From assembly GCF_054482525.1 (NCBI RefSeq), contig NZ_CM137006.1: 64,000 bases of DNA; one strand, written 5' to 3'. Under the pieces are notes generated by a model. The model was not told the DNA's origin. It worked only from the letters and a program-made list of their open reading frames with translations, and did no database searches. Shown here in pieces: positions 24,523 to 39,248 of this stretch. How positions within the stretch are numbered: position 1 is the stretch's first letter; each line of letters starts with the position of its first letter. The translations under genes were made by a program, and so were the position numbers.

Positions 24523-25619
24523 CAGATGATTTCCAGTTTTGCCCGCAGACATCCCGCACTTTGCATTGATTGCAGTATGGACATCAGATCCATCGGCGTA
24601 GCGCCCAGCGCATTGAGCGCACGCACCACGTTATTGAGGCTGGCGCTGGAACGTACGCTTTGCAGCGAACCGCCGCTCTGGCGTAAATCGATCTGCGTTT
24701 GTGGAGTAACCACAGTCTGCCCACCACCAAACGGTGTATCTGGCTGGCTGACATTGGCCTGACGATTAACTGTAACTGAGAGATTCCCCTGCGCTACCGC
24801 GCAGCTGTCGAGGGTCACTTCGCGATTCATCACCACCGAACCAGTGCGCGAGTTAATCACTACTTTAGCGTCCTGCGGGGTAACATTAACCTGCATATTC
24901 TGGATATCGGCAAGGAAACGGACCTGGGAACTGTTGCCACTCGGTACGCGCACCTGAATAGTCCGCGCATCTAACGCGGTGGCGCTGCCATATCCACGCA
25001 CACGGTTGATGGTGTCAGCGATTTGCTGCGCCATACTGAAATCTTCGTCGTTAAGTTGCAAATTAAGGGTATTCCCGACGCCAAACTGGCTGGGCAATTC
25101 ACGTTCAATAACCGCACCATTGGTGATCCGTCCACCGTTCAGTTGGTTCACCTGAACACTGCTACCGCCAGCGGAGGCTCCTGCGCCGCCAACCAGAATA
25201 TTGCCCTGCGCCAGCGCATACACCTGACTGTCAACGCCCTTAAGCGGTGTCATCAACAACGTACCTCCACGCAAGCTTTTGGCATTACCCATGGAAGAAA
25301 CCACCACATCGATGGTTTGCCCCTGACGTCCAAACGGTGGAAGTGACGCCGTCACCATTACCGCAGCGACGTTTTTTAGCTGCATATTGGTGCCCGTCGG
25401 AACGGTAATTCCCAGCTGTGAGAGCATGTTATTAAGCGTTTGTGTGGTAAACGGCGTCTGAGTTGTCTGGTCACCTGTACCATCAAGCCCCACCACCAGG
25501 CCATAGCCAATCAGTGAGTTTTGCCTTACCCCCTGAACACTAGTGAGATCGCGAATACGCTCCGCCTGAGCCACCGTGGTAACCAGTAGAAGAATTAATG
25601 CAGAGAGAAATTTAATCAC
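24522..25619 (-). CDS. flgI: Flagellar P-ring protein
   Basis: ORF track 366 aa; probable GTG start giving [12 protein letters not shown] (365 aa); signal peptide. Confidence 0.9.
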   Translation of the reverse strand: MIKFLSALILLLVTTVAQAERIRDLTSVQGVRQNSLIGYGLVVGLDGTGDQTTQTPFTTQTLNNMLSQLGITVPTGTNMQLKNVAAVMVTASLPPFGRQGQTIDVVVSSMGNAKSLRGGTLLMTPLKGVDSQVYALAQGNILVGGAGASAGGSSVQVNQLNGGRITNGAVIERELPSQFGVGNTLNLQLNDEDFSMAQQIADTINRVRGYGSATALDARTIQVRVPSGNSSQVRFLADIQNMQVNVTPQDAKVVINSRTGSVVMNREVTLDSCAVAQGNLSVTVNRQANVSQPDTPFGGGQTVVTPQTQIDLRQSGGSLQSVRSSASLNNVVRALNALGATPMDLMSILQSMQSAGCLRAKLEII

Positions 25620-25630
25620 CACAGCCTCAC

Positions 25631-26329
25631 TTACATTGGCGACAGGTTAAGGAAGAAACGCTGCAACCAGCCCATATTTTGCGCTTCGTTAATGTAGCCA
25701 TTGCCTACGTATTCAATGCGCGCATCCGCCACCTGAGTAGACGGTACGGTATTGCTGCCGCTGATAGTGCGTGGATTAACCACGCCAGAGAAGCGAATAA
25801 ATTCGGTACCCTGATTAATGGCGATCTGTTTTTCACCCACCACATGCAGGTTGCCGTTGACCAGTACCTGGTCAACCGTCACCGTCAACGTGCCGCTAAA
25901 GGTATTGCTGGCATTGGCCCCGCCTTTTCCGTTAAACGTGTTACCACCGGAGGCTTCGACATCGGCACGAGCGTTACCAAACAGCCCCTGCAAATAGCGC
26001 GGCACAGTATCAAAGCCAAAATTAGTTTTACCGTCACGGCTGGCATTCGCAGAGGAGCTTTTGCTGGCGCTGACGTTCTCCTGCAACACGATGGTCAGCG
26101 TATCGCCAATATTGCGTGGTCGACGATCTTCAAACAGCGGTTGATAGCCATAGTTAATCGGCTGAGCAGACTGGAAAATAGAACCGTTGGCGACGGGCGT
26201 CGGACCGGGAACCGGTTGTGCACTGGTCGCCCCCTGCACCAGCGGCGTGGAGGGTATCCAGGCGCAGCCGGTTAGTGAAAGCACCAACAAGCTGGAAATG
26301 GCATAAGTATGCGCAGCGTTTTTTTGCAT
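25631..26329 (-). CDS. flgH: Flagellar L-ring lipoprotein
   Basis: ORF track 237 aa; start moved to [22 protein letters not shown] (232 aa, lipobox). Confidence 0.9.
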   Translation of the reverse strand: MQKNAAHTYAISSLLVLSLTGCAWIPSTPLVQGATSAQPVPGPTPVANGSIFQSAQPINYGYQPLFEDRRPRNIGDTLTIVLQENVSASKSSSANASRDGKTNFGFDTVPRYLQGLFGNARADVEASGGNTFNGKGGANASNTFSGTLTVTVDQVLVNGNLHVVGEKQIAINQGTEFIRFSGVVNPRTISGSNTVPSTQVADARIEYVGNGYINEAQNMGWLQRFFLNLSPM

Positions 26330-26381
26330 GGCTATCATCTTCAAAAATCAATAAACCGGTGAACCTGCCACCGGGTATGCC

Positions 26382-27182
<801 letters not shown>

Positions 27183-27300
27183 TTAGTGACAAGCAGAGCA
27201 GAAGCACGCGACGGTGCGAATTTCCCCTCACCCTAACCTCTCCCAAAATGGGCGAGAGAATAGTCCGCGCGCTTTTATTGCAATGTCATCAATCGTTTAA

Positions 27301-28056
27301 TTAACTCATCGACAGCAGTTGGTTGGCACGGCCTGCGTTATCATCGACGCTGCTGATCACCTTCATCTGCATTTCAAAACGCCGCGCGCTGGCAATCATG
27401 TCGCTCATTGCCGCAACGGCATTGACGTTACTGCCTTCCAGAACACCCGACATCACACGCAAGGTTGGATCTGCCTGCAGTACCGGCCCACGCGTGGTCT
27501 GGGTTTCTGCGCTTAAACGAAAAATGCCGTCGTCACCGCGCTGCACTTCGCTGCCCGTGGCTTTCACCAGCTTCAGACGCCCCACTGGCGCAACCGTATT
27601 TGCCGGATCGCCCGGATTGAGCACCGAGATTGTGCCATCGGCAGCAATCGTGATTTCCGCCCCTTCCGGCACAGCAATTGGCCCCGCCTCGCCTATCACC
27701 GGATGCCCCTGAATTGTCAGTTGCCCGGTGGGATCAACCTGAATGCTGCCATTACGCGTATACCCTTCGCTGCCGTCAGCGGTCTGCACGGCCAGCCAGC
27801 CATCCTGCTGCAACGCAACGTCCAGCGGGCGCGAGGTGTAATCCATCTTGCCGGGCGTCATGTCTGCACCCGGCGTTGACGCCGTTACCAGCGTGCGCGT
27901 GGGCAGTGAAAGCCCTTCCACCGGCACTGCGCGCAAGGCGTTTAACTGCGCGCGAAAACCGGGCGTAGAGGCATTGGCCAGATTACTGGCGGTTACCGCC
28001 TGTTGATTCAGCGTCTGGCTGGCTGCTCCCATCGCGGTATAAATTGCGTGATCCAT
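27301..28056 (-). CDS. flgF: Flagellar proximal rod protein
   Basis: ORF track 251 aa. Confidence 0.93.
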   Translation of the reverse strand: MDHAIYTAMGAASQTLNQQAVTASNLANASTPGFRAQLNALRAVPVEGLSLPTRTLVTASTPGADMTPGKMDYTSRPLDVALQQDGWLAVQTADGSEGYTRNGSIQVDPTGQLTIQGHPVIGEAGPIAVPEGAEITIAADGTISVLNPGDPANTVAPVGRLKLVKATGSEVQRGDDGIFRLSAETQTTRGPVLQADPTLRVMSGVLEGSNVNAVAAMSDMIASARRFEMQMKVISSVDDNAGRANQLLSMS

Positions 28057-28075
28057 TGAGCTATCCCGTCAGCGA

Positions 28076-29281
28076 TTAGCGTAAGTTAACTAGCGTGTTG
28101 AGGATCTGGTCCTGGGTTTTGATGGTCTGGGCGTTAGACTGATAGTTACGCTGGGCAACGATCATATTGACCAGTTCTTTACTGAGATCGACGTTGGACG
28201 CTTCCAGCGCACCGTTGGTCAGGGTGCCAAAGTTGCCCGTCCCGGCTGTCCCTAACAGCGCCACGCCAGAAGATTGCGTCGCAGACCAGACGTTGTCGCC
28301 TTCGGATGCCAGACCTTCGTTGTTGGCAAAGTTCGCCAGTACAATCTGCCCCAGCAGTTGGGTTTGTTCGTTGGAATAGTTGCCGACAACCGTACCGTCA
28401 TCATTGATTTGATAACTCACCAGATCGCCCGGTTTGTAGCCGTTCTGGGTGGTTGCCACAATGTTGTTAGCGCCGGTATTTTGCTGCATGGAGTTGAGGA
28501 AGCTCAGGCTAAACGTGGCGGGATCTGCGCCGTTAATTGCGCCAGTAGTAATATTCTCTGTTGGATTTGAAGTCAGAACGCCATTGGCATTAAACACCAG
28601 CGTCATTGCATGGTCAGCTGTGCCTGTTGGATCACTGCTATCCTGGGTGTAGACCTGCCAGTTATTATCCCCGGTCTTCACAAAATACACGCTCATGTCA
28701 TGAGCATTACCCTGACTGTCGAAAACAGTCACCGAACCTTTTTTGTTATAGCTATCCGCATTGCTGGCATCAAATGCGTTTACAGAGGGAAGCGGATCAC
28801 TGGAATTCAGGTTGATCTGCATCGACGCCGTGGTGGTAGCTTTCGCTGCCATCAGGGTATTCGGGATCGAAATATTGGTCGGATTCGCCCCTTGCTGAAT
28901 AGTCGGCGGCGTACCGGTTGCCGGGTAACCCGTCAGCTGTAAACCTTGCATATTCACCAGGTTACGGTTTTCATCCAGCTTAAATTGTCCGTTACGGCTG
29001 TAGAACACCGAACCGTTGCTGTCCACCAGACGGAAAAAACCGTTCTGGCTGATAGCAACGTCCAGACCACGCCCGGTGTTGGTGGTCGTGCCATCGGTAA
29101 AGTCCTGGGTGATACCGGCAACTTTTACCCCCAGTCCCACTTTCGAACCGGCAAACATATCGGCAAAAGAGGCCGTGCCTGATTTAAAGCCGTAGGTGGC
29201 GGAGTTGGCGATATTGTTGCCAATAACATCGAGGTTGGTGGCGGCAGCGTTTAATCCGCTAACCGCTTGAGAAAAGGCCAT
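28076..29281 (-). CDS. flgE: Flagellar hook protein
   Basis: ORF track 401 aa; conserved termini MAFSQAVSGLNAA ... ILNTLVNLR. Confidence 0.93.
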   Translation of the reverse strand: MAFSQAVSGLNAAATNLDVIGNNIANSATYGFKSGTASFADMFAGSKVGLGVKVAGITQDFTDGTTTNTGRGLDVAISQNGFFRLVDSNGSVFYSRNGQFKLDENRNLVNMQGLQLTGYPATGTPPTIQQGANPTNISIPNTLMAAKATTTASMQINLNSSDPLPSVNAFDASNADSYNKKGSVTVFDSQGNAHDMSVYFVKTGDNNWQVYTQDSSDPTGTADHAMTLVFNANGVLTSNPTENITTGAINGADPATFSLSFLNSMQQNTGANNIVATTQNGYKPGDLVSYQINDDGTVVGNYSNEQTQLLGQIVLANFANNEGLASEGDNVWSATQSSGVALLGTAGTGNFGTLTNGALEASNVDLSKELVNMIVAQRNYQSNAQTIKTQDQILNTLVNLR

Positions 29282-29305
29282 GACTGACTCCTGAAATGTG
29301 AAGGC

Positions 29306-30001
29306 TTAAATTATCTGCCGTACTTCGTCGAGGGTGGTGGTGCCGTAAGTGCCGAGATCCAGCGTATTACCGTTGTTGCCGCGGATCACACCCTGCACCA
29401 GAGCAAACTGCAGCGGCTGGGCAACCAGTTGTGTACCACCGTTACTGGCGCTAATCGCTACGTTGTAAGAACCGTTCGGCGCAGTGCTGCCGTCAGTCAA
29501 CGTACCGTCCCAGGTGAAACTGTGGACTCCGGCGGTCAGTTCACCGATATCAATGGTACGGACAACCGCACCGTTTTTATCGGTGATGGTGGCCGTAACT
29601 TTGTCTGCCGCCTGTTGCAGCTCAACACCAAACGGCGTGGTCGTGGTCACAGCCCCTTCTTCACTGCCTGTTCCCGCAAGAACAGTGGTGCCGGGGATCA
29701 TCACGCCGTGACCGATCAGGTTACTGGCCTGTAACGACTGGCTGTTATCAATCTGTCCGGAAATAGATCCGAGCGTGGTATTGAGTTTTTCAATCCCGCT
29801 GACCGTGCTGATTTGTGCCAGTTGCGACGTCAGCTCGTTGTTTTCCATTGGATTGGTCGGGTCCTGGTTTTTCAGCTGCGCCACCAACAAAGTCAGAAAA
29901 CTGCTTTGTAAATCTGCGGCGTTGCTGCCCGTGAGCGAACTACTACTGGTGGTGCTGACGCCGGTATTTGTCGGATCGGTGGTGGTTACCGCAATGGACA
30001 T
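29306..30001 (-). CDS. flgD: Flagellar hook capping/scaffold protein
   Basis: ORF track 231 aa. Confidence 0.92.
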   Translation of the reverse strand: MSIAVTTTDPTNTGVSTTSSSSLTGSNAADLQSSFLTLLVAQLKNQDPTNPMENNELTSQLAQISTVSGIEKLNTTLGSISGQIDNSQSLQASNLIGHGVMIPGTTVLAGTGSEEGAVTTTTPFGVELQQAADKVTATITDKNGAVVRTIDIGELTAGVHSFTWDGTLTDGSTAPNGSYNVAISASNGGTQLVAQPLQFALVQGVIRGNNGNTLDLGTYGTTTLDEVRQII

Positions 30002-30012
30002 AGCTTTCTCCT

Positions 30013-30417
30013 TTATTGACCGAGCGTAAGGGTTTTCAGCATCATGCTTTTCACCGTGTTGAGCACTTCAACATTGGCCTGATAGCTGCGTGATGCCGAC
30101 ATGGTGTTAACCATCTCCCCGACGACATCAACGTTTGGCATTTTCACGTAGCCCTTTGCATCCGCCAGCGGATTACCCGGTTCATAAACCAGTTTGTCCG
30201 GGGCCTGACTTTCTATAACATCGGCCACCTTTACGCCGCCTGTCGCAGCACCTGGTGCAGCGTTAACCTGAAATACCACCTGTTTTGCCCGATATGGCTG
30301 TCCATCGGGACCGGTCACGCTATCAGCATTCGCCAGATTACTGGCCGCCACGTTCAGGCGCTGGGACTGGGCAGTTAACGCCGAACCGGCGATATCAAAA
30401 ATATTCAGCAGTGCCAT
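30013..30417 (-). CDS. flgC: Flagellar proximal rod protein
   Basis: ORF track 134 aa. Confidence 0.95.
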
Positions 30418-30420
30418 CCG

Positions 30421-30837
30421 TTAATTTCCACTCTGTAAAACGTTCATCATGCCTTTGATTTGCCCGCTCAACGCGCTAAGGCTCATCTGGTATTGCAGGC
30501 TGTTATCGGCAAACTGGGTGCGTTCGCGATCCATATCGACGGTATTACCGTCAAGCGAAGGCTGGTCCGGAATACGGTATTGCAGTTCTGCGGTAGGAGG
30601 CGTCAGCGCCTGCGCCGGAATGTGTTGCGTTGAGGTCATCGTCAGTGCAACCACGCTTGTTGCATCCCGTCCACGTTGCATGACTTTTTTAAGTTCACTG
30701 GCAAAATCGATATCGCGAGCCTGATAACCAGGGGTATCGGCATTGGCGATGTTTGCTGCCAGCACTTCCTGACGCTGGGCGCGCAGATTGAGCGCCTCTT
30801 GTTGAAAACGTAAGGCGGCGTCGAGCTTATCGAGCAT
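30421..30837 (-). CDS. flgB: Flagellar proximal rod protein
   Basis: ORF track 138 aa. Confidence 0.95.
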
Positions 30838-30992
30838 ATCTCCTCCGCAGGTATCAAAATTCTGCCATCAGCTTAAATGCCTTTACGCGCGCGTTATCGG
30901 CGGAATAAACGCAAAATGGGTCGCTATTTATGCCGTTGATAGTCATTGCGGACAGGTACAATTCACGTTGTAGAAATGGCTGGGGGGCGAAA
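30838..30992. promoter_or_regulatory. Divergent flgB / flgA class 2 (FlhDC-dependent) promoter region
   Basis: 155-bp gap between divergent flgB and flgA starts; role from established flagellar regulon knowledge; binding sites not resolved here. Confidence 0.5.
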
Positions 30993-31652
30993 ATGCTGGC
31001 AATAAAACGTAGCGTGGCGATCATCGCGATACTGTTCAGTCCGTTAAGTGCGGCGAGCAATCTCACATCGCAATTGCACACCTTTTTTAGCGCCCAGCTC
31101 GCGGGGGTAAGTGATGAGGTTCGTGTTTCTATTCGTACAGCGCCCAATCTACTACCGCCGTGCGAGCAGCCATTGCTTTCGATGAGCAATAATTCCCGCC
31201 TGTGGGGCAATGTGAATGTGTTGGCACGCTGCGGTAACGACAAACGATATTTACAGGTTAATGTGCAGGCCACAGGAAATTATGTGGTTGCCGCAATGCC
31301 CATTGTGCGGGGAGGAAAGCTGGAAGCTGGCAATGTCAAACTGAAACGCGGACGGCTGGACACCTTGCCACCGCGTACGGTGCTGGATATCAATCAACTT
31401 GTTGATGCCGTTAGCCTGCGCGATCTATCACCCGATCAACCTATCCAGTTAACCCAGTTTCGCCAGGCATGGCGGGTAAAAGCGGGACAACGCGTCAACG
31501 TGATCGCCAGCGGTGATGGGTTTAGCGCCAACGCAGAAGGTCAGGCGCTGAACAATGCTGCCGTCGCACAGAATGCGCGGGTGCGCATGGTATCGGGACA
31601 AGTGGTCAGCGGCGTTGTTGATGCAGATGGGAATATTCTTATAAACCTGTAA
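30993..31652 (+). CDS. flgA: Flagellar P-ring assembly chaperone
   Basis: ORF track 240 aa; start moved to MLAIKRSVAIIAILFSPLSAA (219 aa, signal peptide). Confidence 0.88.
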   Translation: MLAIKRSVAIIAILFSPLSAASNLTSQLHTFFSAQLAGVSDEVRVSIRTAPNLLPPCEQPLLSMSNNSRLWGNVNVLARCGNDKRYLQVNVQATGNYVVAAMPIVRGGKLEAGNVKLKRGRLDTLPPRTVLDINQLVDAVSLRDLSPDQPIQLTQFRQAWRVKAGQRVNVIASGDGFSANAEGQALNNAAVAQNARVRMVSGQVVSGVVDADGNILINL

Positions 31653-31657
31653 GCTGT

Positions 31658-31684
31658 TAAAGATTACCCGTCCCTTGCCGATAA
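31658..31684 (+). promoter_or_regulatory. sigma28 (FliA) class 3 promoter for flgMN
   Basis: TAAAGATT-N11-GCCGATAA read directly, 44 nt upstream of flgM start; near-perfect match to sigma28 consensus TAAAGTTT-N11-GCCGATAA. Confidence 0.8.
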
Positions 31685-31727
31685 ATAAGCAACACATGAT
31701 AAAAGCGCCCTCAATGAGGAATAAACC

Positions 31728-32021
31728 ATGAGTATTGATCGCACTTCGCCTCTGAAGCCCGTAAGCACCGTTCAACCGCGCGAAACCACTGACGCGCCGG
31801 TAACGAACACCCGGGCGGCAAAAACAACCGCCTCCACCAGCACCAGTGTGACGTTAAGCGACGCGCAAGCAAAACTGATGCAACCCGGCAGCAGTGATAT
31901 CAATCTTGAACGTGTCGAAGCGTTAAAACTGGCGATTCGTAACGGTGAACTAAAAATGGACACCGGCAAAATTGCCGATGCGCTGATCAACGAAGCGCAG
32001 CAAGACTTGCAGAGTAACTGA
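31728..32021 (+). CDS. flgM: Anti-sigma-28 factor
   Basis: ORF track 97 aa. Confidence 0.93.
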   Translation: MSIDRTSPLKPVSTVQPRETTDAPVTNTRAAKTTASTSTSVTLSDAQAKLMQPGSSDINLERVEALKLAIRNGELKMDTGKIADALINEAQQDLQSN

Positions 32022-32025
32022 TCGT

Positions 32026-32442
32026 ATGACACGTCTTGCAGAGATCCTCGACCAGATGTCCGCTGTGCTTAACGATCTCAAAACGGTAATGGATCAAGAG
32101 CAGCAACATCTCTCTATGGGGCAGATCAACGGCAGCCAGTTGCAATGGATTACAGAACAAAAAAGCTCACTGCTGGCGACGCTGGATTACCTCGAACAGT
32201 TACGCAGGAAAGAACCCAATTCAGCAAATAGCGTTGATATTAGTCAACGCTGGCAGGATATTACTGTGAAAACGCAGCAACTACGCCAAATGAATCAACA
32301 TAACGGCTGGTTACTGGAAGGACAGATTGAGCGCAATCAACAGGCGCTGGAAATGTTGAAACCGCATCAGGAACCGACGCTATATGGAGCGAACGGTCAG
32401 ACCTCAACAACTCATCGCGGCAGTAAAAAGATTTCGATCTGA
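32026..32442 (+). CDS. flgN: Flagellar export chaperone for FlgK/FlgL
   Basis: ORF track 138 aa. Confidence 0.92.
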   Translation: MTRLAEILDQMSAVLNDLKTVMDQEQQHLSMGQINGSQLQWITEQKSSLLATLDYLEQLRRKEPNSANSVDISQRWQDITVKTQQLRQMNQHNGWLLEGQIERNQQALEMLKPHQEPTLYGANGQTSTTHRGSKKISI

Positions 32443-32481
32443 AGATTATCTCCGGCCTGCACTGCAGGCCGGAATACATTG

Positions 32482-34104
<1,623 letters not shown>

Positions 34105-34126
34105 CTACCGCCAGATGTTACAGGGT

Positions 34127-35050
34127 TTATTCACTCATCGCATCGCGCCAGATCTTGTCAACGATACGTTGCGCCAGCACTGCCTGTTCGCCGGCGGTTT
34201 GCGGAACTGTCTGATTTTGCACACATTCAATGAAGTGCCGCGCACAGCCGACAAATCCACGTTGCTCAAGCGTACTCTGCCAACCAGGAATCGGTTTATG
34301 CACTACGCCCTGCCCGCGCTCCTCACGCCATTCGCGCATATCTGTAATGTCGATGAGCGCACCGTCAGTCACGGCCTGCACGGTTTCACGCTGACTTCCG
34401 GCACGGCGATGCATACAGGTGGTGATCTGCAAAGGACCGACCGAAAAATGGTGCTCGGCAAACAGCATTTCGCCAGCGTCATTAGTCAGTAGCGTACCGC
34501 CATCCAGAGAGGCTTTACCGCCCGACAACCACAGCGCGGTATCCACCACATGCAGATAATCATCCAGCAACGTGAAATAAAGATCGTGTGGCCCGACGCT
34601 ATTGCTACGATGTTTATCCATTCTTAGCGAGGCTGCGGTGGCGAGTTGCGTTTTTAACTCACCGTAGAGTGGTGCGAAACGACGGTTAAAACCGACCATC
34701 AACGTCAGTTTTTTCCGCGCCGCAAGTTCCACCAGCCGTTCAGCATCGCGCAGATTTTCTGCCAGCGGTTTATCGACACAGACATGTACCCCCGCATTGA
34801 GTAACGTACTGACCACGTCAAAGTGGCTGGCGGTGCTGGAATGCACAAAAACCGCATCGCAACTGGCGGCAAGGCTGGATAACGAATCGGCATAAGGAAT
34901 GCGCCAGCTGTCACAAATTGGCAAGGCTTTCGCGCGCGTAGGCGACCACGCACCTTGTAACGTCCAGTCAGACGCTGCCGCCAGCACCGGTAACCACGCC
35001 TTTTGCGCGATGCCGCCTAACCCCACTACGCCGATACGTAATTTTTTCAC
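34127..35050 (-). CDS. yceM: Gfo/Idh/MocA-family oxidoreductase
   Basis: ORF track 318 aa; probable GTG start giving MKKLRIGVVGLGGIAQ (307 aa). Confidence 0.85.
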   Translation of the reverse strand: MKKLRIGVVGLGGIAQKAWLPVLAAASDWTLQGAWSPTRAKALPICDSWRIPYADSLSSLAASCDAVFVHSSTASHFDVVSTLLNAGVHVCVDKPLAENLRDAERLVELAARKKLTLMVGFNRRFAPLYGELKTQLATAASLRMDKHRSNSVGPHDLYFTLLDDYLHVVDTALWLSGGKASLDGGTLLTNDAGEMLFAEHHFSVGPLQITTCMHRRAGSQRETVQAVTDGALIDITDMREWREERGQGVVHKPIPGWQSTLEQRGFVGCARHFIECVQNQTVPQTAGEQAVLAQRIVDKIWRDAMSE

Positions 35051-35051
35051 T

Positions 35052-36294
<1,243 letters not shown>

Positions 36295-36529
36295 TCTATA
36301 CCTACTCCTTCCCGTAACGTCTTTAATACGCTGTAAGTATTACTATACCTGCGCAACCAGACCCTGTGAAAAGTCCAGAATGCCATTTTCTGCATTATTC
36401 ACATATTTGATAAAAACTCTCTATCAAAGCGACGTTTTGATAAAAAAATATTGTCCCCGAAGTGATGGGAAAAGTCTTAGCGGCAATGCAGAATAGAAAG
36501 TGCTCATCTTTTATTTCCCGGGAGGGGAA

Positions 36530-37738
36530 ATGTCCCGCGTGTCGCAGGCCAGGAACCTGGGTAAATATTTCCTGCTCATCGATAATATGCTGGTCGTGCT
36601 GGGGTTCTTTGTTGTCTTCCCGCTGATCTCTATCCGCTTCGTTGATCAAATGGGCTGGGCCGCCGTCATGGTCGGTATTGCCCTCGGCCTACGCCAGTTT
36701 ATTCAGCAAGGTCTAGGTATTTTCGGCGGAGCAATTGCCGACCGCTTTGGTGCCAAACCGATGATTGTTACCGGTATGCTGATGCGTGCCGCCGGATTCG
36801 CCACAATGGGTATCGCCCACGAACCGTGGCTACTGTGGTTTTCATGCCTGCTTTCGGGACTCGGCGGCACGTTGTTTGATCCTCCGCGTTCGGCGCTGGT
36901 GGTGAAATTAATCCGTCCACAGCAGCGTGGTCGTTTTTTCTCGCTGTTGATGATGCAGGACAGTGCCGGTGCGGTCATTGGCGCATTGTTGGGGAGCTGG
37001 CTGTTGCAATACGACTTTCGCCTGGTCTGCGCCACAGGGGCAGTTTTGTTTGTGCTGTGTGCAGCGTTCAATGCGTGGTTGTTACCGGCATGGAAACTCT
37101 CCACTGTACGCACGCCCGTTCGCGAAGGCATGACCCGCGTGATGCGTGACAAGCGTTTTGTCACCTATGTCCTGACGCTGGCGGGTTACTACATGCTGGC
37201 TGTACAAGTGATGCTGATGCTGCCAATTATGGTCAACGACGTGGCGGGCGCGCCCTCTGCCGTTAAATGGATGTATGCCATTGAAGCGTGTCTGTCGTTA
37301 ACGTTGCTCTATCCTATCGCCCGCTGGAGTGAAAAGCATTTTCGTCTGGAACACCGGTTGATGGCTGGGCTGTTGATAATGTCATTAAGCATGATGCCGG
37401 TGGGCATGGTCAGCGGCCTGCAACAACTTTTCACCCTGATTTGTCTGTTTTATATCGGGTCGATCATTGCCGAGCCTGCGCGTGAAACCTTAAGTGCTTC
37501 GCTGGCGGACGCAAGAGCTCGCGGCAGTTATATGGGGTTTAGCCGTCTGGGTCTGGCGATTGGCGGCGCTATTGGTTATATCGGTGGCGGCTGGCTGTTT
37601 GACCTGGGCAAATCGGCGCACCAGCCAGAGCTTCCGTGGATGATGCTGGGCATTATTGGCATCTTCACTTTCCTTGCGCTGGGTTGGCAGTTTAGCCAGA
37701 AACGCGCCGCGCGTCGTTTGCTGGAACGCGACGCCTGA
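36530..37738 (+). CDS. mdtH: MFS multidrug efflux transporter
   Basis: ORF track 412 aa; start moved to [19 protein letters not shown] (402 aa). Confidence 0.9.
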
Positions 37739-37801
37739 TTTGATACTCCCCCCTGACTCCTCCATACTGAAAGTGAACTGACAGCCAAATGGAGGAGTCA
37801 C

Positions 37802-38449
37802 GTGAAGCTATACATTTACGATCACTGCCCTTACTGCCTCAAAGCCCGCATGATTTTCGGCCTGAAAAATATCCCCGTCGAATTACATGTTCTGCTCAAC
37901 GACGACGCAGAAACACCCACCCGGATGGTCGGTCAAAAACAGGTTCCCATTCTGCAAAAAGAAGACAGCCGCTATATGCCAGAAAGCATGGACATCGTTC
38001 ACTACGTCGATAAACTCGACGGCAAACCGTTACTGACCGGCAAACGTTCCCCTGCCATTGAAGAGTGGTTGCGCAAGGTCAATGGCTACGCCAACAAACT
38101 GCTGTTGCCGCGTTTTGCCAAATCGGCATTTGATGAGTTTTCTACTCCCGCCGCGCGCAAATATTTCGTCGACAAGAAAGAGGCCAGCGCGGGTAATTTT
38201 GCCGACCTGCTGGCCCACTCTGACGGTCTGATTAAGAATATCAGCGATGATTTACGTGCACTGGACAAACTGATCGTCAAACCGAACGCCGTGAATGGCG
38301 AACTTTCGGAAGATGATATTCAGCTTTTTCCGCTACTGCGTAATCTGACGCTGGTAGCCGGAATCAACTGGCCAAGCCGCGTTGCTGATTACCGCGATAA
38401 TATGGCGAAACAGACACAAATCAATTTGTTATCATCAATGGCGATTTAA
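37802..38449 (+). CDS. grxB: Glutaredoxin 2
   Basis: ORF track 215 aa; CPYC active site near N-terminus. Confidence 0.94.
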   Translation: MKLYIYDHCPYCLKARMIFGLKNIPVELHVLLNDDAETPTRMVGQKQVPILQKEDSRYMPESMDIVHYVDKLDGKPLLTGKRSPAIEEWLRKVNGYANKLLLPRFAKSAFDEFSTPAARKYFVDKKEASAGNFADLLAHSDGLIKNISDDLRALDKLIVKPNAVNGELSEDDIQLFPLLRNLTLVAGINWPSRVADYRDNMAKQTQINLLSSMAI

Positions 38450-38582
38450 TCCTGACCCGCCGCGGCAGCCTGTATTCGCGGGTTGCCGCCGTTTTCAGTT
38501 TTTTCTGCTGGCGCGTTTATCGCTGGTGACACATGCTGCGTTGTGTCAGGATATTGACGCAGATTTCATGTCGAGGACTACC

Positions 38583-39143
38583 ATGAACAAGTTTTTATTT
38601 GCCGCTGCATTGATCGTCAGTGGCCTGCTCGTTGGCTGTAATCAACTCACCCAATACACCATCACCGAACAAGAAATTAACCAGTCGCTTGCGAAACATA
38701 ATAATTTCTCAAAAGATATCGGTTTACCCGGCGTGGCTGACGCCCATATTGTTCTGACAAACCTGACCAGCCAAATTGGTCGCGAAGAGCCGAATAAGGT
38801 TACCCTAACCGGAGACGCCAATCTGGACATGAACTCCCTGTTCGGTAGCCAGAAAGCGACCATGAAACTGAAGCTGAAAGCGCTGCCCGTGTTTGATAAA
38901 GAAAAAGGTGCGATCTTCCTGAAAGAGATGGAAGTGGTCGGTGCGACGGTACAACCGGAAAAAATGCAAACGGTGATGCAAACGTTGCTCCCCTATTTGA
39001 ACCAGGCATTACGCAATTACTTTAACCAGCAACCAGCTTACGTCCTGCGCGAAGATGGCAGCCAGGGCGAAGCAATGGCGAAGAAACTGGCGAAAGGCAT
39101 TGAAGTGAAGCCAGGCGAAATTGTCATTCCGTTTACTGATTAA
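38583..39143 (+). CDS. yceB: DUF1439 lipoprotein
   Basis: ORF track 253 aa; start moved to MNKFLFAAALIVSGLLVGC (186 aa, lipobox). Confidence 0.85.
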   Translation: MNKFLFAAALIVSGLLVGCNQLTQYTITEQEINQSLAKHNNFSKDIGLPGVADAHIVLTNLTSQIGREEPNKVTLTGDANLDMNSLFGSQKATMKLKLKALPVFDKEKGAIFLKEMEVVGATVQPEKMQTVMQTLLPYLNQALRNYFNQQPAYVLREDGSQGEAMAKKLAKGIEVKPGEIVIPFTD

Positions 39144-39248
39144 TCACGAGGGCGCATTCGCGCCCTTTATTTTTCGTGCAAAGGAAAACGTTTCCGCTTA
39201 TCCTTTGTGTCCGGCAAAAACATCCCTTCAGCCGGAGCATAGAGATTA

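Noticed and set aside
25679-26275. 198-aa plus-strand ORF antisense to flgH
   Set aside because: Embedded in flgH; shadow ORF in a GC-rich gene.
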